Source: Opitutia bacterium (GTDB lineage Bacteria; Verrucomicrobiota; Verrucomicrobiia; Opitutales; Opitutaceae). From it: a stretch of DNA of 64,000 bases. The notes under the pieces were generated by a model, which worked only from the letters and a program-made list of their open reading frames with translations, was not told the origin of the DNA and made no database searches. Both the position numbers and the translations under genes were made by a program. Location: NCBI GenBank assembly GCA_016217545.1, contig JACRHT010000003.1, forward strand, positions 233,501-297,500, read 5' to 3'. Position 1 is the stretch's first letter; each line of letters begins with the position of its first letter. Shown here piece after piece: positions 1 through 9,577 of this stretch.

Positions 1-654
1 GCGGAGATCGTCGCCGCCCACCGTGGCCTCGGCGGAGCCGGTCCAGACGGGCGTGGGGGCGTTCGTCACGAGGCGGACGAGACCGCCCGCGGCGTTGGCG
101 CCGAACGCGCCGGCTTGCGGGCCGCGGAGCACTTCGACTTGTTGGACGTCGAACGTGCTCGCGACGGTGCCGAGGCCGGTGAAGTCGAAGTCGTCCACGA
201 GGAAGCGCACCGCGGAATCGGGCGTCTCGCCCTCGAACTGGGAATTCTCGCCGATGCCGCGGATCTGGAGATAACGCGGGCGCGACGTGCCGCCGGTGTA
301 AGTGAGGTTCGGGATTTGATCGACGAGATCGCTGAAGTGGCGGACGACGCCCGTGCGCAGGGCGTCGGCATCGTAAACGGAGACGCTCGCGGGGATGGTC
401 GCGAGGGGCGATTGCCAGAGGTCGGCGGTGACGCGGAGAGCGTCGAGTTGGACGGGGGCGGTGGAGGGTAGCCCGGCCTCTCCGAGGGCGGGTGTAGCGC
501 TGGCACTCGTCGAGCCCGCGCCCGGAGGTCGCGGGCTACCTTGCGGCGCGCGGGTTTCGTCGGGGCGTAAAGCCCCTCCCACATTCTGGGCGTGCGCGAC
601 GGCGAGTGCCGTCAGCGCGAGGGTGATGGAGATGATTCGTGTCGGGTGTTGCAT
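1..654 (-). CDS. TonB-dependent receptor, N-terminal part (C-terminus lies beyond the window start)
   Basis: Absent from the ORF track because it runs off the edge. Manual translation from ATG (complement of 652-654) gives MQHPTRIISITLALTALAVAHAQ (signal peptide), then LDALRVTAD...IPASVSVYDADALR...DLVDQIPNLTYTGGTSRPRYLQIRGIGE...VEVLRGPQAGAFGANAAGGLV, a plug-domain signature. The frame stays open to position 1. A TPP riboswitch lies in its leader. Confidence 0.8.
   Translation of the reverse strand, partial: MQHPTRIISITLALTALAVAHAQNVGGALRPDETRAPQGSPRPPGAGSTSASATPALGEAGLPSTAPVQLDALRVTADLWQSPLATIPASVSVYDADALRTGVVRHFSDLVDQIPNLTYTGGTSRPRYLQIRGIGENSQFEGETPDSAVRFLVDDFDFTGLGTVASTFDVQQVEVLRGPQAGAFGANAAGGLVRLVTNAPTPVWTGSAEATVGGDDLR
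467..540. repeat. Palindromic element (family A, divergent copy) inside the TonB receptor N-terminal linker
   Basis: GGTAGCCCGG (467-476) and GCGGGCTACC (531-540) are 9/10 inverted termini about 74 bp apart. They enclose two hairpin arms (CCCGGCCTC/GAGGGCGGG and GCCCGCG/CGCGGGC). The region encodes a low-complexity stretch (STSASATPALGEAGLPSTAP) between the signal peptide and the plug. Confidence 0.35.
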
Positions 655-729
655 CGTTTGATGCCCGACCCAAATCGGACTCCCGTTGAAGGGGCGCCGC
701 TCCGACGCCACTCGGCGCGTTTCGCGGCG

Positions 730-835
730 CCTGCTGTTTCCTTCGTCGGCATGATCCGTTCAGGTTCCAAGGGTCGAGCGGCCGTTCGCACCGCAATCTC
801 AGCCTTCCGCGGAAGACACCCCTACAGGCGACGCG
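730..835 (-). promoter_or_regulatory. TPP (THI-box) riboswitch in the leader of the TonB-dependent receptor
   Basis: The minus strand reads GUAGGGGUGUCUUCCGCGGAAGGCUGAGAUUGCGG...CUCGACCCUUGGAACCUGAACGGAUCAUGCCGACGAAGGAAACAG. This matches the conserved THI-element blocks seen in E. coli thiM: GGGGUG, CUUC..GAAGGCUGAGA, ACCC, AACCUGAUCUGGAUAAUGCCAGCGUAGGGAA. It ends about 78 nt upstream of the receptor ATG. Confidence 0.85.
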
Positions 836-1073
836 GAACGAAACGCCCCCCGCCCCTGCCGTCAATGGTGCAGTTCGTCACCGGAGGAATTGCCCCTCGA
901 TCGCGAGTGCAGTCCAGCACGCAGCGGACTGCGCCAACCATGGGCACAACGCGGCATGAATCGTTCATGGCAAGGCAGACGTCGGAAGATTCCTGCAATA
1001 CTTATCCGGCATGACGAAGGAGAGGTAGGAAGCATTTCTCGCCTTCGCGTTCGGAAGCTAGAGTGGCCTTGCC

Positions 1074-1577
1074 ATGAAACGCACCGAGTCTCTCGCCGCT
1101 CACGCTCTCCTCGCCATCGCCCGCCAACGCAGCGGATTCGATGCGGAGCGCTGCCGCTTGGTGCTGGAACATCTGGATACCAGCGCCGCAGTGCACGCCG
1201 CGATTCATCAGGCGCTCGCTCCGTATCGGCTCAGTGAGCTGCAGTTCGCCGTTCTCGTCGTTTTGTTTTCGTTGGACCCCGATCCCATCGGCTCCGCCGA
1301 CCTCGCCGTGCACACGGCGGTCTCACGGTCCGCGATCACGGAGGCGCTGGACCATCTGGAGGCGCGAAAATTCGTCACCCGCACGCGCGACACGCGCGAC
1401 CGCCGCATGATCTACGTGCGACTCTCCGCCGCCGGCCGCAAGGCCGTCGAGCCCGCCACACTCGGATTCCTCCAGGCGGTCCAAAACATCACGCGCCTGA
1501 TCGACGCCAAAGTCCGGCAAGACGTGCTCACCGGCTGCGCTCTGCTGCAAGAAGGCGCGGTCACCGCTCAATCCTGA
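1074..1577 (+). CDS. MarR family transcriptional regulator
   Basis: 167 aa. The winged-HTH region (LSELQFAVLVVL...ADLAVHTAVSRSAITEALDHLEARKFVTRTRDTRDRRMIYVRLSAAGR) is typical of MarR. It lies immediately upstream of an efflux operon. Confidence 0.85.
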   Translation: MKRTESLAAHALLAIARQRSGFDAERCRLVLEHLDTSAAVHAAIHQALAPYRLSELQFAVLVVLFSLDPDPIGSADLAVHTAVSRSAITEALDHLEARKFVTRTRDTRDRRMIYVRLSAAGRKAVEPATLGFLQAVQNITRLIDAKVRQDVLTGCALLQEGAVTAQS

Positions 1578-1588
1578 AATTTATCACC

Positions 1589-2689
1589 ATGAATAAACGC
1601 GTCGTTCTCACCGCCGTCATCGCCCTCGCCGTTTTCGCTGCGATCTTCGGCTATAAATTCTATTCCATTCGGCAGACGATGGCCGCGATGGCCGGCATGA
1701 AGCCGCCGCCGGTCACCGTCAGCGCCGCCTCCGTGCGCGAGGAAACCTGGCCGAACACGATCCAAGCCGTCGCCGCGCTCAAGAGCTTCCGCGGTATCGT
1801 CGTGAAAACGGAACTCGAGGGCGCCGTCCGCGAAATCGCCGCCACTTCCGGCAGCGTCGTCGCGGCCGGCGCGTCGCTGGTGCGCCTTGACACTTCCGTC
1901 GAGGACGCGCAGCTCGCCGGCCTCGAAGCCCAGGCGCACCTCGCCGAGATCAACCTCGGCCGTGCCCGCGAACTCCGCGCCAACGGCACCAACACACCCA
2001 ACGACCTCGACACCGCCGAGACGACGCTGCAGCAGACTCGTTCCGCGGTCGCGCAGCTGAAAGCCACGATCGCCAAGAAGAACATCGTCGCGCCGTTCGC
2101 CGGGCGCCTCGGCATCGTGCAGGTTTATCCGGGCCAGTTCCTCAGCAAGGGCGACGCCCTCGTCGTTCTCGAAAGCACCGACCCGATCTACGTCGATTTC
2201 TCGCTGCCGCAGCAGGAAGTCGCCCGCATCGCGGCGGGCCAGACCGTCCGCCTCAGCGTCGACGCCTTCCCCGACCGCCCGTTCGAGGGCAAGATCGTCG
2301 CCATCAGCCCCCGCCTCGACGATGCCACGCGCAGCATCGACATCCGCGCCGAGCTGCCCAATTCCGACGAAGCGCTGCGCGCCGGCATGTTCGCCCGCGT
2401 CCAGGTTCTGCTCGCCGCCAGCGAACACTCCGCCGTCATCCCGTCCGCTGCCATCGTCCACAATCCCTACGGCGAAACCGTCTACGTGATCGCGGAGGGC
2501 GCCGTGCAGCAGCGCTTCATCAAAACCGGATCCAGCCGCGGCGACCTCACGCAGGTGCGCAGCGGCCTCAAGGTCGGCGACCAAGTTGTCACCTCCGGCC
2601 AGATCAAGCTCCGCAACGGTGCCGCCGTGAAAGTCGACAACTCCGCCGCACCGCAGGCCAATCCCGCGCCCAAACCCGTCGAAAGCTAA
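1589..2689 (+). CDS. Efflux RND transporter periplasmic adaptor (membrane fusion protein, HlyD family)
   Basis: 366 aa with an N-terminal TM or signal segment, a coiled-coil hairpin region and a beta-barrel segment (IVAPFAGRLGIVQVYPGQFL). Sits directly upstream of the RND pump. Confidence 0.85.
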   Translation: MNKRVVLTAVIALAVFAAIFGYKFYSIRQTMAAMAGMKPPPVTVSAASVREETWPNTIQAVAALKSFRGIVVKTELEGAVREIAATSGSVVAAGASLVRLDTSVEDAQLAGLEAQAHLAEINLGRARELRANGTNTPNDLDTAETTLQQTRSAVAQLKATIAKKNIVAPFAGRLGIVQVYPGQFLSKGDALVVLESTDPIYVDFSLPQQEVARIAAGQTVRLSVDAFPDRPFEGKIVAISPRLDDATRSIDIRAELPNSDEALRAGMFARVQVLLAASEHSAVIPSAAIVHNPYGETVYVIAEGAVQQRFIKTGSSRGDLTQVRSGLKVGDQVVTSGQIKLRNGAAVKVDNSAAPQANPAPKPVES

Positions 2690-2701
2690 CCGGACGCCAC
2701 C

Positions 2702-5700
2702 ATGCGCTTCACCGATCTCTTCATCCGCCGTCCGATTCTCGCGACGGTGGTCAACCTCTTCCTGCTGCTCGGCGGCTGGCTCGCCTTCAAGGCGATGGTC
2801 ATCCGGCAATACCCGCAGACCAACAACGCCGTCGTCAAAGTCACGACAGCGTATCCCGGCGCCAGCGCCGACCTCATCCGCGGCTACATCACCACGCCGC
2901 TCGAGCGCGAAATTGCCTCGGCCGACGGTCTCGACTACGTCGAATCCGTCAGCGGTCCCAACGTCTCCGTCATCACCGCCAAACTGCGCCTCAACTACGA
3001 CCCGAACGCCGCGCTCACGCAGATCACCTCCAAGGTGAACCGCGTCCGCAGCGAGCTGCCCGCCGCCGCCGAGGATCCGATCTTCGACGTCTCCGTCGGC
3101 GAGACCACGGCGTCGATGTATCTGAGTTTCTCCAGCGACACGCTCGAAGCGAACCAGATCACCGACTACCTCGTCCGCGTCGTGCAGCCCAAGCTCTCGA
3201 CGGTCGAGGGCGTGCAAAAAGTCGACATCCTCGGCGGGCGCACCTTCGCGATGCGCATCTGGCTCAAGGACGACCGCATGGCCGCGCTCGGCCTCAGCGC
3301 CGCCACCGTTCGCGCGAAACTCGCCTCGCAAAACTACCTCTCCGCCGTCGGCCAGACGAAGGGCTCGATGATCTCCGTCAACCTCACCGCGAAGACCGAC
3401 CTGCATTCCGCGGAGGAATTCCGCCAGATCGTCATCGCCGAGAAAGACGGCCGCATCGTCCGCCTCGGCGACATCGCCGATGTTGTGCTCGGCGCCGAGG
3501 ACTACAGTTCGAGCCTCACCTTCAACGGCCTGACCGCGACGGGCATGAGCATCAGCGTGCTGCCGACCGCCAACTCCATCGACGTGATCAAGCGCGTGCG
3601 CGCCGTCTGGCCCGACCTCGTCAGCCAGTTTCCCGCCGGCCTCCAGGCCGCGATTCTCTACGACGCCACCGAGTTCATCAACTCGTCCATCACCGAGGTC
3701 ATGCATACGCTCGTCGAGGCGATGATCATCGTCATCATCGTAATCTACCTGTTCCTCGGTTCGTTCCGCTCCGTCGTCATCCCGATCGTCGCGATCCCGC
3801 TCTCGCTCGTCGGCTGCGGCATCCTGATGCTCGCGATGGGCTTCTCGATCAATCTCCTGACGCTGCTCGCCATGGTTCTGGCCATCGGCCTCGTCGTCGA
3901 CGACGCGATCGTCGTCGTGGAGAACATCCACCGTCACATCGAGGAGGGTCTCACCCCCTTCGACGCCGCAATCAAAGGCGCCCACGAACTCATCGGCCCC
4001 GTCATCGCCATGACGATCACGCTCGCCGCCGTCTACGCGCCGATCGGCCTGCAGTCCGGCGTCACCGGCGCGCTTTTCCGCGAGTTCGCCTTCACGCTCG
4101 CCGGCTCCGTGCTCGTCTCGGGCTTCGTGGCGCTGACGCTGTCGCCCATGCTCAGCGCGAAGCTGCTGCGGCATAACCCGAACCCGAAGGGCATCGAGCA
4201 TTTCCTCGATGTCACGTTCACGAAACTCCGCACGCGCTACGAACGTTTCCTCGATCACGTGCTCAACACCCGCGTCGCCGTCGTGCTCGTCGCCGTGATG
4301 ATCTTCGCAAGCCTCGTGCCGTTCTTCCTCATGACCAAGAAGGAGCTCGCGCCCGCCGAAGACCGCGGCTTCGTGCTCGGCATCATCGGCGGCGCGCCGA
4401 ACGCCACGCTCGAGCAAACGCAGCTCTACACCGGAAAACTGAATCCGATGGTCGCTGACGCGCTGCCCGAAGCCCGCGTGCGGTTCATGATCCTCGGCTT
4501 CGATCCCACCACCGGCCTCTCCAATCCCTCCGGCGGCATGATGGGCCTCGTGCTCAAGCCGTGGGAGCAACGCACCCGCAGCGCGGCGCAGGTCGCCGCC
4601 GCCACCACCGCGCTCGCCGGCAACGTTTCCGGCTTGAAGCTCGCGGCCGTCCTACCGCCGTCGCTGCCCGGCGCCGGCAACGGTTTGCCCGTGCAGTTCG
4701 TCATCAGCTCGACCGCCGACCACGCGCAAATCCTCGAAGTCGCCAACGAGCTCATGCAGCGCGCGCTCGCCAGCGGCAAATTCGTCTACGCCGACAACAG
4801 CCTCAAATACGACATGCCGCAGGCCGACCTCGTCATCGACAAGGACAAGGCCGCCGTGCTCGGCATCGACATGTCGCAGCTCAGCGCCGACCTCGGCTCG
4901 ATGCTCGGCGGCGGCTACGTAAATCGCTTCTCGATCCAAGGCCGCGCCTACAAGGTGACGCCGCAGGTCACGCGCGTCTCCCGCCTCACGCCCGAACAGC
5001 TCGGCAACTACTACATCTCCACCGGCAAGGGCAAACTGGTGCCGCTCTCCAGCATCGCGAAGGTCGAGCAAACCACGCAGCCGCGCGCGCTGGAGCGTTT
5101 CCAGCAGCTCAACTCCGCCACGCTCGGCCTCGTGCCGCGCCCCGGCGTCGCACTCGGCGAAGCGCTCGACTGGCTCAATGCCGAAGCGAAACAAGTCTTC
5201 CCCGCCGGCTTCACCGCCGACTACAAGGGCGAACTCCGCCAATACGTCCAGGAAGGCAGCTCGCTCACCACCGCGTTCGCGCTCGCCATCGTCGTCATCT
5301 TCCTCGTGCTCGCCGCCCAATACGAAAGCTGGCGTGACCCGTTCATCATCATGATGGCTGTGCCGCTCTCCCTCGCCGGGGCGATGGTGTTCCTCTTCCT
5401 CGGCGCGGCGACGATGAACATCTACACGCAAGTCGGCCTGATCACGCTCGTCGGCCTCATCACCAAGCACGGCATTCTCATGGTGGAGTTCGCGAACGGC
5501 CTGCAGGAACAAGGCTACAGCGTCCGCGAGGCGATCGAACACGCCGCCGGCACCCGCTTGCGTCCGATCCTCATGACCACCGCCGCGATGGTGCTCGGCG
5601 TGCTCCCGCTCGTCATCGCCAAGGGCGCCGGCGCCGAGGCGCGCTTCAGCATGGGCCTCGTCATCGCGACCGGCATGTCCATCGGCACGCTCTTCACGCT

Positions 5701-5821
5701 CTTCGTCGTGCCGGTGTTCTACACGCTCATCGCGAAAGACCGCCAGGCCGAGGCCAAAGCCCAAGCGGCGCTGCCCGCCGCCGCATCGCACGGTGCGCCG
5801 ACTCCCGACGCCGCGCACTAA
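2702..5821 (+). CDS. RND family efflux permease (AcrB/MdtB-like)
   Basis: 1039 aa. Begins with the canonical RND start MRFTDLFIRRPILATVVNL. Has the 12-TM, two-large-loop architecture and motifs such as LAIGLVVDDAIVVVENI. Confidence 0.92.
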   Translation: MRFTDLFIRRPILATVVNLFLLLGGWLAFKAMVIRQYPQTNNAVVKVTTAYPGASADLIRGYITTPLEREIASADGLDYVESVSGPNVSVITAKLRLNYDPNAALTQITSKVNRVRSELPAAAEDPIFDVSVGETTASMYLSFSSDTLEANQITDYLVRVVQPKLSTVEGVQKVDILGGRTFAMRIWLKDDRMAALGLSAATVRAKLASQNYLSAVGQTKGSMISVNLTAKTDLHSAEEFRQIVIAEKDGRIVRLGDIADVVLGAEDYSSSLTFNGLTATGMSISVLPTANSIDVIKRVRAVWPDLVSQFPAGLQAAILYDATEFINSSITEVMHTLVEAMIIVIIVIYLFLGSFRSVVIPIVAIPLSLVGCGILMLAMGFSINLLTLLAMVLAIGLVVDDAIVVVENIHRHIEEGLTPFDAAIKGAHELIGPVIAMTITLAAVYAPIGLQSGVTGALFREFAFTLAGSVLVSGFVALTLSPMLSAKLLRHNPNPKGIEHFLDVTFTKLRTRYERFLDHVLNTRVAVVLVAVMIFASLVPFFLMTKKELAPAEDRGFVLGIIGGAPNATLEQTQLYTGKLNPMVADALPEARVRFMILGFDPTTGLSNPSGGMMGLVLKPWEQRTRSAAQVAAATTALAGNVSGLKLAAVLPPSLPGAGNGLPVQFVISSTADHAQILEVANELMQRALASGKFVYADNSLKYDMPQADLVIDKDKAAVLGIDMSQLSADLGSMLGGGYVNRFSIQGRAYKVTPQVTRVSRLTPEQLGNYYISTGKGKLVPLSSIAKVEQTTQPRALERFQQLNSATLGLVPRPGVALGEALDWLNAEAKQVFPAGFTADYKGELRQYVQEGSSLTTAFALAIVVIFLVLAAQYESWRDPFIIMMAVPLSLAGAMVFLFLGAATMNIYTQVGLITLVGLITKHGILMVEFANGLQEQGYSVREAIEHAAGTRLRPILMTTAAMVLGVLPLVIAKGAGAEARFSMGLVIATGMSIGTLFTLFVVPVFYTLIAKDRQAEAKAQAALPAAASHGAPTPDAAH

Positions 5822-5903
5822 TCCACGTCCAACTTTGGCGGGACGAGCCGCAGGGACCGATCCACATCCCTGCGCGCAACGCTCGTCCCGCCACTCCCCT
5901 TCC

Positions 5904-7199
5904 ATGAAAACTTTCCGCCTCTCTCTCCTCCTGTCGCTGCTCGGCGTCGCCGCTTTCGCGGCGACCGATCTCCCGACTCTGCCGCGTCCGCTCACGTTGG
6001 ACGCCTCACTCGACTACGCGCTCGCGCACAGTCCCACGCTGCTCCGCACGCGCGAGCAGATCCGCGAGCAGGAAGGCGTGCTCGTCACCGCCAGCGCCGC
6101 CCGCTTGCCGAGCGTCTCTGCCTCCAGCAGCGCCTCGCGCGTCGACGATCGCCGCCTCGAATCCCCCCTCTACGACGACCGCTCGTGGAGCGTCAGCGTC
6201 ACCGCCTCGCAAGTCATCTACGCCGGCGGCGGCCTGCAGGCGCAGGAACGCGCCCAGAGCGCGCAGCTCGACGCCGCGCGCCTCGCGTTCAATGCCGCCG
6301 TGAGCGACACGCTGCTCGGCGTCCGCCAGCAATTCTACGACGTGCTCCTCGCGCGCGAAGTCATCGCCGTGCGCGAAGAAGCGCTGAAGGTCCTGGAGAA
6401 CGAACTCGCTTACGCGCGCAGCCGCCGCGATGCGGGCACCGGCTCCGACTTCGACCTGCTGCGCGCCGAAGTCGCGGTCGCCAACGCGCGCCCCGGCCTG
6501 ATTCGCGCTCGCAACAGCTACAAGATCGCGCAGGAAAAACTGCGCACGACGCTCGGCGCCACTTCGACGCCCGCCGGCGACCTCGACGTGCAGGGCTCGC
6601 TCGTCGTGCCGGCGCGCGACGTCGCACTCGCCGATGCGGTTTCCGCGGCGCGCGCGCACCGGCCGGAACTACAACAGCAGGAGCGTCTCGTTCAGGCCGC
6701 CGACCAGGCCGTCGCCGGCGCGCGCAGCGGTTATCAGCCCACAGTCAGCGCCGTCGGCGGCTACGCGTGGTCGTCGCCGTCACTCACCACGACCGCCGGC
6801 AATCTTCACGGCTGGTCCGCCGGTTTGCAGGCGAGTTGGAACATCTTCGATTCGAAAGCCACCGCCGGCAAAGTCACCCAAGCCCGCGCCCGCGCGCAGC
6901 AATCGCGTTTCGCTCTCGAAGAACGCCAACTCGCCGTCGAACTCGAGGTCCGCACCGCGCACGCAAGTTTGCTCGAGGCCTCCGAGGTGCGCCAAGCGTC
7001 CGAGCAGGTCGTCGCGCAGGCACGCGAGAGTCTCCGGCTCGCCCAAACGCGCTACCAAGCCGGCCTCTCGACGCAACTCGACGTGCTCTCGGCCCAGTCA
7101 TCGCTGACGGAAGCTCGTTCGAATCTCGCCCAAGCTCAACACGACTACGCCGTCGCGCTCGCCAGCCTGCAGCGCGCGACCGGTGCGCCGGGCGTGTGA
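5904..7199 (+). CDS. TolC family outer-membrane efflux protein
   Basis: Start chosen at ATG 5904 (MKTFRLSLLLSLLGVAAFA signal peptide); the track ORF starts earlier at 5793 and overlaps the RND gene. Two-repeat alpha-helical/beta-barrel OMF pattern (LDYALAHSPTLL, ...YQAGLSTQLDVLSAQ). Confidence 0.85.
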   Translation: MKTFRLSLLLSLLGVAAFAATDLPTLPRPLTLDASLDYALAHSPTLLRTREQIREQEGVLVTASAARLPSVSASSSASRVDDRRLESPLYDDRSWSVSVTASQVIYAGGGLQAQERAQSAQLDAARLAFNAAVSDTLLGVRQQFYDVLLAREVIAVREEALKVLENELAYARSRRDAGTGSDFDLLRAEVAVANARPGLIRARNSYKIAQEKLRTTLGATSTPAGDLDVQGSLVVPARDVALADAVSAARAHRPELQQQERLVQAADQAVAGARSGYQPTVSAVGGYAWSSPSLTTTAGNLHGWSAGLQASWNIFDSKATAGKVTQARARAQQSRFALEERQLAVELEVRTAHASLLEASEVRQASEQVVAQARESLRLAQTRYQAGLSTQLDVLSAQSSLTEARSNLAQAQHDYAVALASLQRATGAPGV

Positions 7200-7246
7200 C
7201 CACCCCGGACGCTCCCGCCGCGATCCGTCCACGCCCCGTCTCGCCA

Positions 7247-8452
7247 ATGAAATCCACGCTCTGGCTCTGCACACTCGTCCTCGCGCTCACCGTGCGCGCG
7301 CAGGACGAGACGGAAACTCCCTCACTCACGCTCTCGGCGCCGAGCGCCACACTGTCCGGCCACAGCCGCTGGCAAATCCAGCTCGTGGCGCTCAATCCCG
7401 GCACGCGCACGCTCTACTATCGACCGCCCACCTCGCTGGACGGTCGCGCCTACCTCGCGGGGGCGAGCCTGCCGGTCGTGTTCCGCACCGGCGATGAAGC
7501 GACGCTCGCGATCGCACCCGGCACGTTCGCCACGCGGCTCTACACCGCCGACCAGCCGCCACTGCTTTCCGGCGACATCGTGCTAGAGTTCGCGGCCGGG
7601 CTCCCGGCACCGCTCCGCACCGCACTCAAAGTCGACACCAGCGCCACGCCGCGCGTCGACACCGGCGATCCCGCGCAGCCGCTGCGCCACCTCACGAATC
7701 TCACGCCGGCGGTCAGCGCGCTCGAGCGGACATTTGCGGGCCGCTTCGGACTCCACGAGCCGATCTACTTCATCTACGGTCCCGACGCACCGGCCGCGAA
7801 GTTCCAGATCAGCTTTAAATACAAACTCATGGATCTGAACGAGCCTGCGCCCGGCGGCTTCACGCACACGTTGCAAGCCGGCTACACGCAGCGCTCGCTC
7901 TGGGACATCGAGGCGAATTCGAGTCCGTTCTACGACACAAGCTACATGCCCGAACTCATGCTCGAAAGTCTCGCACCGATGCCGACCGAGCGCGACGGCT
8001 GGTTCACGCGCCTCGGCTCGCAGCTGGCGCTCAAGCACGAATCCAACGGCCGCGACGGCCCCGAGTCGCGCAGCCTCAACACGATCAATTTGCGCGCCGC
8101 CGCGATGATCGGGCCGATCGACAACTGGCACCTGCTCGTGATTCCCGAGGTCTTCGCCTACCTGACGAGCCTCGACGACAATCCCGACCTGAAAGACTAC
8201 CGCGGTTACGGGCAGTTGCGCCTCGGGATTTCCCGCGATGCCCGCCGGCCTTCCGTGCTCTACGCCGTGCGCGCCGGCAAGGACTTCAACCACTGGACGC
8301 ACCAAGTCGATCTGACGCTCCCCTTCCGAACGAAATGGCTGAACATCGAGACGTCGTTCCTCGTCCAGTATTTCAGCGGCTACGGCGAAAGCCTGCGCGC
8401 TTATCGCGAACGCTCCGAAACCGTGCGCGCCGGCTTCTCGCTCGTGCGCTGA
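7247..8452 (+). CDS. pldA: Outer-membrane phospholipase A1 (OMPLA) family protein with an N-terminal extra domain
   Basis: Start at ATG 7247 (MKSTLWLCTLVLALTVRAQ signal peptide). The C-terminal half carries OMPLA signatures (KFQISFKYKL, YTQRSLWD, SPFYDTSYMPE, LKHESNGRDG). The track ORF from 6185 is an Arg-rich artefact overlapping the TolC gene. Confidence 0.75.
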   Translation: MKSTLWLCTLVLALTVRAQDETETPSLTLSAPSATLSGHSRWQIQLVALNPGTRTLYYRPPTSLDGRAYLAGASLPVVFRTGDEATLAIAPGTFATRLYTADQPPLLSGDIVLEFAAGLPAPLRTALKVDTSATPRVDTGDPAQPLRHLTNLTPAVSALERTFAGRFGLHEPIYFIYGPDAPAAKFQISFKYKLMDLNEPAPGGFTHTLQAGYTQRSLWDIEANSSPFYDTSYMPELMLESLAPMPTERDGWFTRLGSQLALKHESNGRDGPESRSLNTINLRAAAMIGPIDNWHLLVIPEVFAYLTSLDDNPDLKDYRGYGQLRLGISRDARRPSVLYAVRAGKDFNHWTHQVDLTLPFRTKWLNIETSFLVQYFSGYGESLRAYRERSETVRAGFSLVR

Positions 8453-8500
8453 AGCGAGCCGCGCCTTGCCACGCCCCAACCGCCGCGCTACTCGTCCCTC

Positions 8501-9421
8501 ATGGAGCTGCGTCACCTGCGCTATTTCAAGGCCGTCGCCGAGCTGCTGAATTTCAGCCGCGCCGCCGAACAGCTGCGCGTGGCCCAGCCCGCGCTCAGCC
8601 GCCAGATCCGTGCGCTCGAGGACGAACTCGGCACGACGCTGCTCGATCGCAATCATATGCGCGTCCGCCTCACGGATACCGGCCGCACCTACTACGCGCA
8701 TACCTGCAAAATCCTCGCCCAAGTCGACATGGCCGCCGCGGCCGTGCGCGAAGTCACCGACGGCTGCGCCGGCGAACTGATCGTGTGCAACGACTGGCAT
8801 CTCGGCGGGCGCATCGTGCCCGCCGCGTTGAACGAGTTCCGCCAGCTCCACCCACGCATCGACGTCGTGCTGCACGACCGCCGCGTGCACGACCAACTCG
8901 CGTTGATCGTGAACCGCCGCGTGCACCTCGGCTTCATGGTGCGCGAACTCCTCGGCAACCGCCGCGAACTCGAGTGTCTCGATATTCTCAGCTCGCAACT
9001 CATGGTTGTGATGCCGAGCGGACACGCCTTCGCCAAACGTCCGTCCGTGCGACTGGCCGAACTGGCGGAGGAGTCCTGGATCACGGTCGACCCCAAGGAG
9101 TCGCCGCAATATCGCAGCTATTTCAACCGGCTGTGTCGCTGGAGCGGATTCGCGCCGATCATCGGACCGACCGGCTCCACGCTGGAAGGCATCGCCGGAC
9201 GCGTCGCCAGCGGCTACGGCGTCGCCATCATGCCGGAACACATGGTCGAGGCGATGGGCCCGGGATTGAGCGCCGTCGCCACCGATTGCCCGCCGGTCGA
9301 GCTCTGCGCCGTCTGGCACCGCGACGAAAAATCGAAACTGCTCGAGCAATTCGTCTCCGTGTTGCGCCGTCACGCCGTCGGCAATCCCGTGAAACCGGTC
9401 GCCGCGCGGCGCAAGCGATAG
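8501..9421 (+). CDS. LysR family transcriptional regulator
   Basis: 306 aa. N-terminal HTH MELRHLRYFKAVAELLNFSRAAEQLRVAQPALSRQIRALEDELG is diagnostic of LysR-type regulators. Confidence 0.9.
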   Translation: MELRHLRYFKAVAELLNFSRAAEQLRVAQPALSRQIRALEDELGTTLLDRNHMRVRLTDTGRTYYAHTCKILAQVDMAAAAVREVTDGCAGELIVCNDWHLGGRIVPAALNEFRQLHPRIDVVLHDRRVHDQLALIVNRRVHLGFMVRELLGNRRELECLDILSSQLMVVMPSGHAFAKRPSVRLAELAEESWITVDPKESPQYRSYFNRLCRWSGFAPIIGPTGSTLEGIAGRVASGYGVAIMPEHMVEAMGPGLSAVATDCPPVELCAVWHRDEKSKLLEQFVSVLRRHAVGNPVKPVAARRKR

Positions 9422-9577
9422 CAACGCGGCATAGCGGCACGCACGCAGCGGGTATTTCCGTCCGTCGCGCCGAGCCGGTATGCTGGGCGCCCTACCATGG
9501 CCGCCATCGTCGTCCTCGCGCTCCTCACCCTGCTCGTCATTCTCGACAGCAGCGGGGATTCGTCGGCGTGAAATTGA

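Noticed and set aside
805-816. 12-bp perfect palindrome CTTCCGCGGAAG followed by CCCCTAC, first taken for a solo arm of the palindromic element family or an operator
   Set aside because: It is the P3 helix of the TPP riboswitch. The flanking GGGGUG and GCUGAGA are THI-box core nucleotides.
1568-4570. 1000-aa minus-strand ORF antisense to the RND adaptor and pump genes
   Set aside because: Composition is extremely rich in Gly/Asp/Glu/Arg/Ala/His with no recognisable domain. It lies opposite genes with unmistakable RND motifs. This is a typical stop-codon-poor antisense frame of GC-rich DNA.
6185-7246. N-terminal 354 aa of the 755-aa ORF that ends as OMPLA
   Set aside because: Arg-rich and overlaps the TolC-family gene out of frame. 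A good signal peptide begins at ATG 7247.
9497-9571. 24-aa hydrophobic mini-ORF (MAAIVVLALLTLLVILDSSGDSSA) between the LysR regulator and ggt
   Set aside because: Very short, with no obvious ribosome-binding site or terminator context, in a convergent-gene spacer. Support is insufficient without conservation data.
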